64,000 nt of DNA, taken from assembly GCF_009914755.1 (NCBI RefSeq), contig NC_060935.1; one strand, written 5' to 3'. A program made the translations under genes and the position numbers. The number at the start of each line of letters is the position of its first letter. Position 1 is the first letter of the stretch. Origin of the DNA: the human T2T-CHM13v2.0 reference genome, Homo sapiens. The notes under the pieces were generated by a model, which ran no database searches, was not told where the DNA came from, and was given only the letters and a program-made list of their open reading frames with translations. This document shows, in pieces, positions 43,321 to 62,668 of the stretch.

Positions 43321-44537
43321 TTTTTTAAATATCATTTGGACTACTCCATTTCCTTCTTTATCTTTTATCATCTTCATTTATTCATATTTATGATTTGTTT
43401 TTATTCAGTTTTATCAACAGAGCCATTTATTGCATTGGGAATTTTTTTCCAAATAATATAATTCTGAAGCAGAGCGTTAAATACCTTAATTTAAGTTCTC
43501 CCACTCATGTGAAAAGGAGGCTAGTATCATTTCCCGGCAGTAAATGACTTCATGTCATATATGAGAGAAACAATTAACAGTTTTATTCTCAAGATTCAAT
43601 ATAATCTGATGGGAAAATAATAATCATATCCTTTCTAGGAATTATTATCCATCTTTGTGCTCCTTTCCCATCTGCTATGATTTTTTTCAATAACTTATTA
43701 CTCTTTTAAACCCAATTTTAGCTTTTATTACATCACTATTATGTGAGTTGTAAGGGGTATAATATGTCCATGTGACATACTTTTTAGCCCATTTATGTCC
43801 ATGGGCCATGAGGAAATCTCCATCTTGGATAAATGAGATGTACTAGGTTGGGCAAATTGGTATTATGTAGAGTTTCTGTAGCTTGACAGTGTTGTCACTT
43901 GTGGCTTGGGGCATAGGCTAAGTGAATTACAAAATAGAAAAACATCCATTTAAGGATAAGTCTAGTTGAAACCACTAGGATCTATGGCTAATGGTCCTAT
44001 GAAATAGCCAAGAAACTGTGTTGTAATATTTGACCCTAGCAAATACTGCTCATAGTTTTACAGAACTTTATACTTCACCACATTTTGGTTGGCTTACTGG
44101 GCTATGTCATTATTCTGCTCATCATTATATGTTATTCATGCATATATTAAAGTGGCCACCACCTGAAAATCCTAGGCCAGAGGCATTTTCTTTGTTTTAT
44201 GAGTCAAAACCTGGGTTCTTTGTTGGAACCTATGCCCACTTATAACTTCCCTCAGAATACTTTTATGACCTTCCATAATAGCATTCTCTCTTGCCGAATT
44301 TCTTGGATATCCATTCATTAGTGGTTTTTCTGCCTCTTTTTTATGGTAACCAAATGGTGAGGTTACCACACAGGAGCATGAAAATATGCAGACATTGCAT
44401 GGATAAGCAAATGCTACGTGCACTGAAGGATATGCTGTTAATACATATATTCCAGAGCTGCAATCTAGTCCATGCTCCCATCCACCATGAACCCTGAAAT
44501 CCTCAGTCTTAACAATACCTTGGACTACATAACATGC

Positions 44538-44890
44538 TAATATAGTTTGGCTGTGTCCCCACCCAAATCTCATCTTGAATTTTAATCTCCATTATCCTCA
44601 TGTGTTGTGAAAGGGACCAGGTAGGAGGTAAATGAATCATGGGGGTGGTTTCCCCCATGCTCTTCTCTTGATCATGAGTGAATTCTCATGACTTCTGATG
44701 GTTTTATAAGTGTCTGGAATTTCTGCTGCTGTCACTCATTCTCTCTCCTGCCACCCTGTGAAGAGGTATGATTGTAATTTCCTGAGGCCTTCCCAATCAT
44801 GCAGAACTGTGAGACAATTAAACCTCTTTTCTTTATAAATTACCCAGAATTGGGTATTTCCTTATAGGAATGTGAGAATGCACTAATATA
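44538..44890 (+). mobile_element. THE1D-like solo LTR
   Basis: MaLR termini with 5-bp TSD CATGC on both sides. Confidence 0.9.
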
Positions 44891-45915
44891 CATGCATTTC
44901 TTTTTTTAAAAAATAATGAGTGTATACTGTACCTATGTTTAACTTTCTAGCTTGGTAATAGGTATGGATTGCAGAAAATTTGTATGGACAATGGGAAATT
45001 TTTGACAACTTCTACATTAGTTAATATTTTTTGTCTACTTTTTATTATTGGAGCAAATAAATTCAGATTCTGTGCTATTGTAGGCATCATCCGATCTAAC
45101 AAACACTTTTGTGTCATTCTGAAAAGTGGAAAGCATTAGTGGTTATTTGAATTCAGATAGAAGGGACACAGAGAATTATGGCTTATTTTCATATTAGTTC
45201 ACCATCTTGGAGTCATAATTAAATCATGATATCTTTGATCATATCTGATAGTTCTTCAGAATTAAAGATATGTTTGTACATCTTTTACCACTTACCAATA
45301 AGACAGCACAGCACTTATAGACACAGTCTTCATATTTTAGAATTCATATATATGGCATTTGGGATGGATGTATTCAATCAGTTTATTAGGTAAGTTGAAA
45401 ATGACCAACATTTAGTGGAGCCTGTTACATGATAAGCTCCTTAGCTCGTTCAGATAAGTATTTATGGGACTCTTATCTAAGGCTCTTATGACACAGAATA
45501 TCCAATATTTAAACATATGATGAGATGAAGATGTTCAACAGAGCCAATTGTAAGCTAAGTCATGGAAATAACAATTGAAGAGCTTAGGCACTGCTCTGTT
45601 GTGGGAAAATACAAATTTCTTTATTGTAGAAACAGTTACTGAATTGATATTGGAATAAAATTAAAGGATTGAATTAATGTACTTCAGATCACTATGGTCA
45701 TATGTAACATAGATTCAGGCCTTGATCAAAAGCCTGTACTCTAACCTAAAACTGCAGAACTATGATGATCTGTTTGCCAAGAATCAGAAGGTCAGCTTCG
45801 GTTCTTAGGCTCTCTGCTTCTTAGCCTCAAGGCTTTTTGGGAATGGACCTTCTAACAGTAAGGGTAAGGCCCTCCTCACTAGGAATATGCTCAGAGAAGA
45901 GAACCTGGGGCTTCC

Positions 45916-46920
45916 TGTCAGGGGAACCTGCCCCCAATATTTCAACACAGGTTATTTCTATTTTCCCTAAGTGTTGGCTGGTCTGAAAAATAAAGAAAAA
46001 GAGTACAAAGAGAGAAATTTTAGGGCTGGGCCACCAGGGGTGATATCACATATCTGTAGGTCCGTGATGTCCGCCTGAGCCACAAAACCGGAAGGTTTTT
46101 ATTAAGGACTTTAAGAGGGGATTGGGGTGTACAAACAAGGAGTAGGTCACAAAGATCACATGCTTTAAAGGGCAATAAAGATCACAAGGCAAAGGGTGAA
46201 GGAAATATCACAAGGCAAAGGACCAAATTAGAATTACTGATGTGGGTCTATGTTCGGCTGTGCACATATTGTCTTGATAAACACCTTAAGCAACAGAAAA
46301 CAGGGTTCAAGAGCAGATAACCCGTCTGACCAAAATTTACCAGGCTGGAATTTTCCAATCCTAGTAAGCCTGAGGGTAGTGCAGGAGACCAGGGCATATT
46401 TCAGTCCTTATCTCAACTGCATAAGACAGACACTCCCAGAGCGACAGTTTATAGATCTCCCCCCAGGAATGCATTCCTTCCTTAGGGTATGAATTATTAG
46501 TATTCCTTGCTGGGAAAAGAATTCAGTGATATCTCTCCTACTTTTATGTCTGTTTATAGGCTCTCTGCAAGAAGAAAAATATGGCTCTATTGTGCCTGAC
46601 CCTGCAGGCAGTCAGACCTTATGGTTGTCTTCCCTTGTTCCCAAAAATTGCTGTTATTCTGTTCATTTTCAAGGTGCACTGATTTCATATTGTTCAAACA
46701 CCCATGTTTTACAATCAATTTGTACAATAGTGGTCCTGAGGTAATGTACATTCTCAGCTTATGAAGATAACAAGATTAAGAGATTAAAGTAAAGACAGAC
46801 ATAATAAATTATAAGAGTATTATTTGGGAACTCAAATGTCCATGAAAACTTCACAATTTATGTTCCTCTGCCGTGATTCCAGCTGGTGACTCTGTTCAGT
46901 GTCCCTGACTTCCCACAACA
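45916..46920 (-). mobile_element. MER11 (HML-8) solo LTR
   Basis: About 1 kb, ending 'gtccctgacttcccacaaca'. 6-bp TSD GCTTCC (45910-45915 and 46921-46926). Absent from paralogous units. Confidence 0.92.
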
Positions 46921-49639
46921 GCTTCCCATTCATTCTGGCTTAAATATCATTTGTCTTACCTCAGTATTTCAGAATGTGAAGCTCATAATTTATTGTCCAA
47001 TTTTCTTTAGAATATATTTTTCACATTATAGGTTTTTCACATTACCTGGCATTTAGCTAGTCTTTCTTGGGGAGACCCAAGTCTTTTTTTCCTCTAGAGG
47101 TTTTCTAAGGGGAAAAAAAGAGTTCAACAAGATTATGTTATTTGAATTTATTCCAAATATTCAAATTAACTAAACTATAATGACCTTACTGCCTCTTTCA
47201 TTTAAAATAGTGATGATGTCGAACTCATAGATTGTGTCTACACATAAATGGGATAATTATTTTCTTGATATAATAACCCAAGAGATATCTGAAATAAATT
47301 TCTGCCTAAGGTAGAGTATGTCTTCAGTTGGTATCTAGTCCTCTATGTGTGATGTTTTCTTGCCATATCCTCCATTTCTTGTAAAAATTGTGAAAGTTCT
47401 CAATTTACTGGGATTGGGGAGAGATATAGGGACATGCTTTTAATTAGGAAAAAAGTGGACTTAGGGGTATGCTATTTGAATGACATTTGAATGACTGAGA
47501 GACTGAAGAGTTTGGCTTCTTTCTGTGAGAAAGCTCTGTCATTGGTTTTTCCATGAAGTTAAATTTCAGCATTTTCCTTGTTAGGTATAAACCTTAATAG
47601 CTGGGCACATGAATCTTATAAATCCTCAGTCACAGTAAAGTACTTATGGTTGCTTCACCATAATCGAGGAAACTTTCACTAACAAATTTTAGTGTTGGTA
47701 CATTTTGTATTCTTGGTCATAAAATAAGGGGCTTGTGCAGGTGCATTTCCACCAATTAGGTCAATATTTACATAGTCATGCAAAGATAGTATCTTTCTTT
47801 TTCTATGAAAAAATTCCCCAGCATGTGAGAATATTCAACTACCTTTCTACATTATTAAGTTTAAGCATCTTTATATTTTTGTCATCTGCTTTGGATAGTG
47901 CCGTAATTCTCTAATGACCAAGATAATGAAAAGCCTGTGTGGAAGAGTGGAAGCTGTAGCCACTAGGAACGAATTCTATATCCCTGGATCAGCCATCCAT
48001 TTCGTGTGTTTTATGATCACACATAGATGCATGAGGTATCTACAATAATGCTCTGTGAAAGAAGCATTGCTTTTCTGGAAAATGATGTGAGTATTTGAAA
48101 CCACTGACAGGAGATATTCATTGAAAATTCCTGTGATATGTTGATATGTAGCTAATGTCTTAAATCCATATGAGTTTTTAAAGAATTCTAATTTAGACAG
48201 TTAAGCTAGCAAACATGAAAATTGTTCCACATATGGAATGTATCTTTGGTTTTAATATATAGCCTAATTTTTTCTTTTTCTATTTTCCAAATAAGAAAAA
48301 ACATGTTCCATATTACATGTATAATAAACCAATATATTTATAATTATAATCTTAGTTTGTGGGATGTTATATTTTATACGATATATTAGTAAAGGTGTAC
48401 TACTAATTTCAGATATATTTGACGGGAAAGTTTAAAACTTCAGATCATGTCAAGTTTGTAGGAGGGTAAAGGAACAAATGCCTGTTATGTTCTGGAAGCA
48501 TAATATGGGTTTTTACTTATAAATCTAAAAATTATCCCAGTAAATGTACTAGTAAATAAATATGCTCAGGTTAGTACCTTGGCTACTGTCATTTAAATAG
48601 ATTTATAAAAGTGTGACTGTGAAATGTATTATGAAGGTTTTCTGTTATTATGGAATTTTATCTTTTGAAAAATGTCACGTTCTCAGGAAACTACATTAAA
48701 TCATTGTTTTTCTAGAAAAATGTTAACAGTAGTTTACATTGAAGTCATAGTAATGCTATCTTTCAGTTTTTAAAGTATACTTTTAATTACTTAAGCTATA
48801 GAGGATAGTTTACATATCCTGTTTTTTACAAGTAAACATTTAAATTGCCAAAATAATTATGCTGTTAAAATCTACTTTTGATGATGGAAGAGGGAAAAGC
48901 ACTAAACCTTGCAACAAGTAAGGTGTGAAAAAATAAAAGGATTACTATAGGCTACATTATTCCCTTGTGTTGCAACTCAGATCAGCTTCAGTGGCAAGAT
49001 ACATAGTTTGTCCTCAAGCCTTTCTCTTCTAATTCCCCTCAAGTAAGAGAATCCTAGAAGAGCTGTTCTGATCATGTATAAGAATATATAAATTCAAATG
49101 GCATAAGGGATATATTACAGTATACATGAGGAGGTTCTGCCTTGCCCTTCATTTAGGAAAGAAGAATTTATTTTTCCAGCTGTTGGGGGTGTGCTGTTAG
49201 TAGACAGCATTCAGATGATATCCACTTCAGTATCTTTAGAAGTTGCAGAAAGCCACCTCAATAAAGGTCGCATGCCCTTTCCCAGAGCAGCCCCTCTTTG
49301 CATCCAGGTTAACGTTTAGGTTCAGGTATCATTAGAACATACTGCTCTTCCAACTACTTTGTCATCATTTTTCCATTTTTAAATTTCCAATTTCCTCATT
49401 AGCTTATCAAACCTGTTAGCCAGTGTCCATTTTCAGTGTAGATCCATAAGTATGGTTATTATTCCTTCCACATACAGTGGAAAACCAGACTGACTGCTCA
49501 AATTACTGCCCTCCTTCACTCCAGTGCTTCCAGACTACGTTCCAGGGACAGTGCAACAGTTGTCTACTTTTGTCTGTTTTTGCCATTCTATGCAAATTAG
49601 TTACTTCTTTTGTTGTTGTAATCTTTAAAACATAGTTTG

Positions 49640-50306
49640 TTTTTTATTTTCTGTATTGAGGTGTATGTGACAAAAAATATATAACATATATTTAAGATGT
49701 ACAGTGTGATATTTTAATAAATGTATACATTGTGAAATGATTACCACAATCAACCTGTTCATCACCTCACATAATTAACTTTTGTGTTTGGTGAGAATAT
49801 TTAAGATGCATTTTCTCAGCACACTTCAAGTGTACAATATGGTATTATCAAGTATACTCTCTATGCTGTAACTTAGCTCTCCAGAACTTACTCATTCTGC
49901 ATGAGTGCATCTTTGTACTCTTTGAACAACATCTCTTTTCTTCTCCCCGCATTCCATCCCAATCACCATTATACGCTCTGATCTTATCAGTTTGACTTCT
50001 TTTTTTAGATTCCACATATAATTAAAATCATGTGGTATTTACCCTTCAGTATGGAGAACAGGGAAGCCTGTTACATAGTTGGCGGGAATGTAAATTGATA
50101 CAGCCATTATAGAAGGCACTATGGAGGATAAAACTACCATCTGATCCAGAAATCCCACTACTTGGTATGTATCAAAAGAAAATGAAGTTAGTATCTTGAA
50201 GAGATAACCTGCACTCCCATATGAACTGCAGCATTATTCATAATCACCAAGATATGGAAACAACTTACATATCCATCAATAGATGAATGAATAGAGGCAA
50301 TGTGAC

Positions 50307-50345
<39 letters not shown>

Positions 50346-50824
50346 ATCAATCATCTATCTATCTAATGTACACATGCACACTTATACTCACATAATATAT
50401 GGTATTATTGACAACAGACATTATGCTGTACCTTACATCACCAGTATTACTTCATCCAACAAAAATGAAAATTTGTATTTTTGCCCTCTGTTTTTGTATA
50501 TGTAATGCAATAATATTTCATAATCAAATATCATTAAACCTTCAAAAGATCATTCTGCTATTTTTGACATGAATGACCTTGGAAGACTTAATAACCTCTT
50601 TGTTTTATTTTGTTTTTAATTGACAAACAGTAATTGTTTAAGAAGTAATTCTTCTAAGAAGAAGTTTGTCAGTCTTATTATTTTCTTCTTTCTCTTTCTT
50701 TCTTTTTTTCTTTCTTTTTTTCTCTCTTTCTTTCTTTTTTTCTTTCTTTGTGGAGTACAGTGGGATGTTTTTATATCATGTGCAATAACACGAATGTACC
50801 TAGAGGACATTATGCTAAGTGAAA
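49640..50824 (-). mobile_element. Ancient L1MA 3' end with an inverted upstream segment and nested insertions
   Basis: Minus-strand L1MA 3' UTR at 49640-50050 and plus-strand L1 pieces at 50053-50305 and 50780-50824. Confidence 0.7.
50307..50365 (+). repeat. (TCTA)n microsatellite
   Basis: Direct reading. Confidence 0.97.
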
Positions 50825-50829
50825 TGTTT

Positions 50830-53100
<2,271 letters not shown>

Positions 53101-53559
53101 ACTTTTTTTGAGTGCCCAATTTTGCATATGAAAAGTGGCAATTCAAGAATTTTTTGGGATTTTTTTTTTAAAGAGAGAATTTCCTGTGTTTCTCCTCAAG
53201 AGTTGGGATTGGAGAATAAAAAATCTCAGATAGTCTTAATTCAATCAAGCAATTAGAGGATGCAAGCTGGACTTCAGTTCCTTTGAAGACTGCCTTATTG
53301 TCTGTGCATTCCTACTCCAAGAGTAAATCCTCTTGTGACGTAGTCATACAAAGATAGTATCTTGTGGTCTCAAATGAAAGCCTTGTTGTTTATAAAGGAC
53401 TCTTTTCCTTGGTAGAGCTTCAATTTTACATTTTGTCCCTTAGGGTAAATAATCTACAGAAAGTTGTACACAGGTTTTCAGGCTTTCATTTATGGTTTTG
53501 GGAATTATCTCACTTTTAGAGAAATTAGACTCTAAATGTGGTGTTCTGCTCTCTAGCTT

Positions 53560-53667
53560 TCTTTTTCTTTTCTGAGACAGGGTCTTGCTATGTTGCCCAA
53601 GCTGGACTCAAACTCCTGGGCTTAAGGGATTCTCCCACGTCAGTCTTAAAAATAGCTGGGACTACAT
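53560..53667 (-). mobile_element. FLAM/Alu monomer
   Basis: 'gagacagggtcttgctatgttgcccaagctggactcaaactcctgggcttaag...agctgggactaca'. Confidence 0.85.
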
Positions 53668-53674
53668 AACATAC

Positions 53675-54025
53675 TGAGATAGTGTGGCTGTGTCCTCGCC
53701 CAAATCTCATCTTGAATTTTAATCTCCATTATGCCCATGTGTCATGAGAGGGACGAGGTGGGAGGTAATTGAGTCATGGATGTGGTTTCCCCCATGCTGT
53801 TCTGTTTGTGAGTGAGTTCTTATGAGATCTGATGGTTTTACAAGTGTCTGGCATTTCCCCTTCTGGCACTTATTCTCTCTCCTCCCACCCTGTGAAGAGG
53901 CATGATTGTAAGTTACCTGAGGCCTTCCCAATCATGCAGAACTGTGAGTCAATTCAACCTATTTTCTTTATAAATTAATGAATCTGGGGTATTTCCTTCT
54001 AGCAATGTGAGAACAGAGTAATATA
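53675..54025 (+). mobile_element. THE1D-like solo LTR (duplicated copy)
   Basis: Same site and same short internal deletion ('gtgaagagg|(c/t)atgattgtaa') as 44538-44890. Confidence 0.9.
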
Positions 54026-55534
54026 CATGCATTTCTGCTTTTAAAAAAAGAAATATATATTGTATCTATATTTAACTTTCTAGTTTGGTAATAGGTATGG
54101 AGAGAATTATTATAAACCATGGAATTTTTTGGCAATTTCTACAATAGTTGATATTTTTGATGAATTTTTTACTATTGGAGCAATTAAATTCAGATTCTGG
54201 GCTGTTGTAGGCATTATCTAATACAACAAACACTATTGTGTCATTCAGAGAATTGGAAAGCAGTGCAATTATTTGAATTCAGCTAGAAAGGACATAGAGA
54301 ATTATGACTTATTTTTATACTAGTTCTCCATCTTGGAGTCATACTATAGTATAAACCACTGTATCTTTGATCACATCTGATAGTTTTCAGTATTAAAGCT
54401 ATGTTTGTGAATCTTTTACCACTTACCAGTAAGAGAGCACAACACTTACAGATATTCTCTTCAAATTTTAGCAGTAATATGTATTACATTTGGGGTGGAT
54501 GAATTTAATCTATTTATTAGGTAAGTTGAAAATGACCAACTTCTCGTGGAGCCATTTACATGATAAAGATCTTAGCTGGTTCAGTTAAGTATTTATGAGA
54601 CTCTTTATCTAGGCTCTTATGACACCGAAGATCCAATATTTAACTAAACATATGATGAAGTGAAGGTGTTCAGTGGAGCCAATGGTAAGCCAAGTCATGG
54701 AAATAACAAAGGCAGACCTTAAGCACTGCTCTCTTCTTGGCAAATAAAAATGCCTTTATTGTAGAAACAGTTATTGAAATGATATTGGAATAAAATTAAA
54801 GGATTGATTCTGACATGGATCAAGGTCTTGATCAAAGGCCTGTACTCTAACTGAAAACTGCAGAACTAAGATGATCTATTATTCCAAGAATCAGAATGTC
54901 AACTTCTGTTCTTAACACTCTCTGCTTCTAAGCCTCAGGGCTTCTTGGGAATGGACTTTCTAACAGGAAGAATAAGGCTCCCCTTGCTGAGAATATGCTT
55001 AGGGAAGAGAACCTGGAGCTGGTTTCCCTTTCATTCTGGCTTAAATATTACTTGTCTTCTCAGTATTTCAGAATGTGAAACTCATAATTTATTGTTCAAT
55101 TTTCCTTAGAATATATTTTTCACATTATAGGCTTTTCACATTACTTGGCATTTAGCTACTGTTCCTTGTGGAGACCCATGTCTTTTTCCTCTAGAGATTT
55201 TCTAATAGGAAAAAAAGTGTTCAGAGAGATTACTTCATTTGAATTCATTCCAAATATTCAATTAACTTATCTATAATGACCAAACTGTCTCATTTATTTA
55301 ATACAGTGATGATGTAATCGTCATAGATTGTGTCTACAAACATAAAAGAAATATTATCCTGATAGAATCACACAAGAGATATCTGAAGACTTAATTTCTG
55401 CCCAAGTTAGAGTATGTCTTCAGTTGGTATCTAGTCCTCTAGGTATGATGTCTTATGTCATATCTTCCATTTATTTTAAAAAATTGTGAAGGTTTTCAAT
55501 TTACTGGAATGAGGTAGGGGAGATATAGGGACAT

Positions 55535-56370
55535 TTTTTTTTTAATTATACTTTAAGTTTTAGGGTACATATGCACAATGTGCAGGTTTGCCACATATGT
55601 ATAGATGTGCCATGCTGGTGGGCTGCACCAAATAACTCGTCAATTAACATTAGGTATATCCCTTAATGCTATCCCTCACCCCTCCCCCCACCCCACAACA
55701 GGCCCTGGTGTCTGATGTTCCCCTTCCTGTGTCCATGTGTTCTCATTTTTCAATTCCCACCTATGAGTGAGAACATGCAGTGTTTGGTTTTTTGTCCCTG
55801 AGGTAGTCTGCTGAGAACGATGGTTCTCAGCTTCATCCATGTCCCTACAAAGGACATGAACTCATCATTTTTCATGGCTGCATACTATTCCATGGTGTAT
55901 ATGTGCCACATTTTCTTATTCCAGTCTATCATTGTTGTACATTTAGGTTGGCTCCAAGTCGTTGCTATTGTGAGTAGTGCTGCAATAAAAATACGTGTGC
56001 ATGTGTCTTTATAGCAGCAACATGATTTATAATCCTCTGGATATATACCCAATAATGGGATGGCTGGGTCAAATGGTATTTCTAGTTCTAGATCCCTGAG
56101 GAATCACCACACTGATTTCCATGAGGGTTGAACTAGTTTACAGTCCCATCAACAGTGTAAAAGTGTTCCTATTTCTCCACATCCTCTCCAGCACCTGTTG
56201 TTTCTTGACTTTTTAATGGTCGCCATTCTAACTAGTGTGAGGTGGTATCTCATTGTGGTTTTGATTTGCATTTCTCTGATGGCCATTGATGATGAGCATT
56301 TTTTCATGTGTCTTTTGGCACATAAAAGTCTTCTTTTGAGAAGTGTCTGTTCATATCCTTCGCCCAATTT
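55535..56370 (-). mobile_element. L1PA4-like 3' end (about 830 bp)
   Basis: Poly-T tail, 3' UTR and ORF2 C-terminal fragment 56149-56367. Confidence 0.93.
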
Positions 56371-56398
56371 TTTTTCCTTTAAAGCTAAATTTATTCAC

Positions 56399-59401
<3,003 letters not shown>

Positions 59402-59403
<2 letters not shown>

Positions 59404-62400
59404 AGATCCCAAACATTTCCTCAAAGATCCTACAAAAATAGTTTCCAACCTGCTGAATCAGAAGAAAGGATTACCACTGTAGCATGAATTGACACATCAC
59501 AATGCAGTTTCACAGATATCTCCTTTCCAGTTTTTATCTGGGTATATTCACTTTTTCACCATACTCCTCAATGAGCTTCCACACATTCCTTTGCAGATTC
59601 TACAAAAACCGTGGCTCCAAACTGCTGAATAAAAGAAAGGTTTAACTCTAGATGAATCCACACATCACAAAGCAGTTTTACAGATAGCTTCTTTCTATTA
59701 TTTATCCTGGGATATTCACTTTTTTTACCATACCCTCAATGAGCTTTCAAATGTCCCTTCACAGATTCTACAAAACAGTGTTTCCAAATTGCGGAATCCA
59801 AAGAAAGGTTTAACTCTGTGAGAGGAATCTACACATCACAAGCAGTTTCACAGATAAATTCTTTGTAGTTCTCACCCTGGGATGTTTGCTTTTTCAACAT
59901 AGGCCTCAATGAGTTCCCAAGTGTTTCTTCACAGATTCTACAAAAGGACTGTTTCCAAACTGCTCAATTAGAAGAAAGGTTTAATACTGTAAGATGAATC
60001 CGCACACCATGAAGCAGTTTCACATATAACTTATTTGTAGTTATTAAATGGGGATATTTGCTTTTTCACCATAGGCCTGAATGAACTCCCAAGTGTCCCC
60101 TCATAGATTCTACAAAAACAGGGTTTCTAAAATGCTGAATCAAAAGAAAAGTTTAACTCTGTGAGATAAACAGACACATCAAGAAGAAATTACACATATA
60201 CCTAGTTTCTAGTTTTTATCTGGGGATATTCACTTTTTTACCACAGGCCTCAGTGAGCCCTCATAAGTATCGATGCAGATTCTACAAAAACAGTGTTTCC
60301 AAACTGCTGAATCAAAAGAAAGGCTGAACTCTGTGAGGTGAATACACTCATGACAAAGCAGTTTAATAGATAGCTTCTTTCTAGTTTTCATCCTGGGATA
60401 TTTGCTTGTTCACCACAGGCCTCAATGAGCTACAAAATGGCCCTCTGCAGATTCTACAAAAACAGTGTTTCCAAGCTGTTGAATACAAAGAAAGGTTTAA
60501 CTTGGTGAGATGAATCCAAACATCACAAAGCAGTTTCACACATAATTTCTTTCTGGTTTTTATCTGGGGATATTTAGTTTCTCACCATAGGCCTCGATGA
60601 ACTTCAAAAATCCTTTCAATGATTCTATAAAAAAACTGTTTCCAATCTGCCACATCAAAAGAAAGGTTTAACTCAGAGAGATGAATCCACACATCACAAA
60701 GCTGTTTCACAGATGCCTTCTCTCTAGTATTTATCTGCGGCTATTCACTTTTTCTCCATTAACCTCAATGAGAAAAAATGTCCCTTCGTGGTTTCTACAA
60801 AAACAAGTTTCCAAATTGCTGAGTAAAAAGGAAGGTTTATGTCTGTGAGATGAATCCACACATCAAAAAGCAGTTTCACAGATAGCTTCTTTCTAGTTTT
60901 TATCTGGGGATTTTTGGTTCATCACCATATGTTTCAATGCACTCTCAAATGTCCCTTCACAAATTCTACAAAAAAAGACTGTTTCCAATATGCTGAATCA
61001 AAGAAAAGGTTTAAATCTGTGAGATGAATCTGCATATGACAAAAGCAGTTTCACAGAGAGTTTCTTTCTAGTTTTTATCCGGGGATATTCCCTTTTTCAC
61101 CATACTCCACAATGAGCTTCCAAATGTCCCTTCAAGATTCCACAAAAACCGTGGTTCCAAACTGCTGAATAAAATGAAAGTTTTAAACTCTGTGATATAA
61201 ATCCCCACACATCACAAAAAGGTTTCACAGATAGCTTCTCTCTAGTATTTGTCCTGGAACATTCACTTTTTAACTGTAGGCCTCAATGAACTCTCAAATG
61301 TCCCTTCACAGATTCTACAAAAACAGTTTTCCCAAACTGCTCAATTAACAGAAAAGTTTAACTACGTGAGATGAATCTACACACCACAAAGCCGTTTCAC
61401 AGGTAGCTTCTTTCTAGTTTTTATCTGGGCATATTTGCTTTTTTACCATAGGCCTCAAAGTGCTCCCTTATGTACCTTTGCAGATTCTACAAACACAGTG
61501 TTTCCAAACTGATGAATGAAAATAAAGGCTTAAATCTTTTAGGTGTATCCACACATCACAAAGCAGTTTTACAGATAGTTTCTTTCTAGCTTTTAACCGG
61601 GGATATTCACTTTTTAACCATAGGCCTCAGTAAGCTCCCAAATGTCCTTTCACAGATTCTACAAACACAATGTTTCCAAACTGCTGAATCCAAAGCAAGG
61701 TTTACTTCTGTGAGATGAATGCACACAACACTAAACAGTTTCCCAGAGAGTTTCTTTCTAGTTTTTATCTGAAGATATTTTGTTTTAAACCATTGATCTC
61801 AATGCACAGTGAAATATCTCTTCACAGATTCTACAAGAACAGTGTTTCCAAACTGCTGAATAAAAAGGAAGGTTTAACTATGTGAGTTGAATGAACACAT
61901 CGTAAAGCAGTTTCTCAGAAACCTTCTTTCCAGTTTATCAGAAGATATTTTCTTTATTGCTATAGGCCTCAATGTGCTACCAAATGTCCATTCGCAGAAT
62001 GTGCAAAATCAGTGTTTCCAAACTGCTGAATGAAAAGAGGGCTTTAACTCTGTGAGATGAATGCACGCATCACAAAGCAGTTTCTCAGATAGCATCCTTC
62101 CAGTTTTTATCCTGGCATATGTGGTTCTTGGCCACTGGACTCAATGAGTTCCCAAATGTCCATTTGCAGAATGGACAAAAACAGGCTTTCCAAACTGCTG
62201 AATCAAAAGACAGGTTTAACTCTGTGAGATGAATGCAGATATCACAAAGAAGTTTACCAGAAAGCATCTTTTTAGTTTTTATCTGAAGATATTTACTTTT
62301 TCACCTTAGGCCTCAATCCGTTCCCAAATATCCCTTCACAGATTCTGCAAAAACGGTGTTTGCAAACTGCTGCATTAAAAGAAAGGTTTAACTCTGCGAG

Positions 62401-62633
62401 GTGAATGCACACATAACAAAGCAGTTTCTCAGATAGCTTCCTTCTAGTTTTTATCCTGGGCTATTCACTTTTTTGCCTTTGGCTTCAATGAGCTCCCAAA
62501 TGTCCATTCGTTGAAAGAACAAAAACAGTGTTTCCAAACTGCTGAATCAAAAGAAAGGTTTAACCCTGTGAGATGAATGCACACGTCACAAAGCAGTTTC
62601 TCACAAAGCTTTTTTCTAGTTTTTATCTGAAGA
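59402..62633. repeat. Diverged monomeric alpha satellite, orientation 1 (about 19 monomers)
   Basis: About 171-bp periodicity of 'cagattctacaaaaacagtgtttccaaactgctgaat...aaaggtttaactctgtgagatgaat'. No CENP-B box seen by eye. Confidence 0.97.
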
Positions 62634-62668
62634 TCTTTTCTTCAGATAAGATCATAGGCACGTGTAGA

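Larger units (their letters stand above)
44451..48970 (+). repeat. Segmental duplication unit D (upstream module only, no OR exon)
   Basis: Starts with the same L1PB 5'-end/FLAM/THE1 junction as 15171-15270. Colinear with unit B until 'ttattcccttgtgtt' near 48970, where homology stops. Confidence 0.88.
53560..55534 (+). repeat. Segmental duplication unit E (truncated upstream module)
   Basis: FLAM, THE1D-like LTR and module sequence colinear with unit D, ending at 'agatatagggacat' where an L1 tail begins. Confidence 0.88.
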
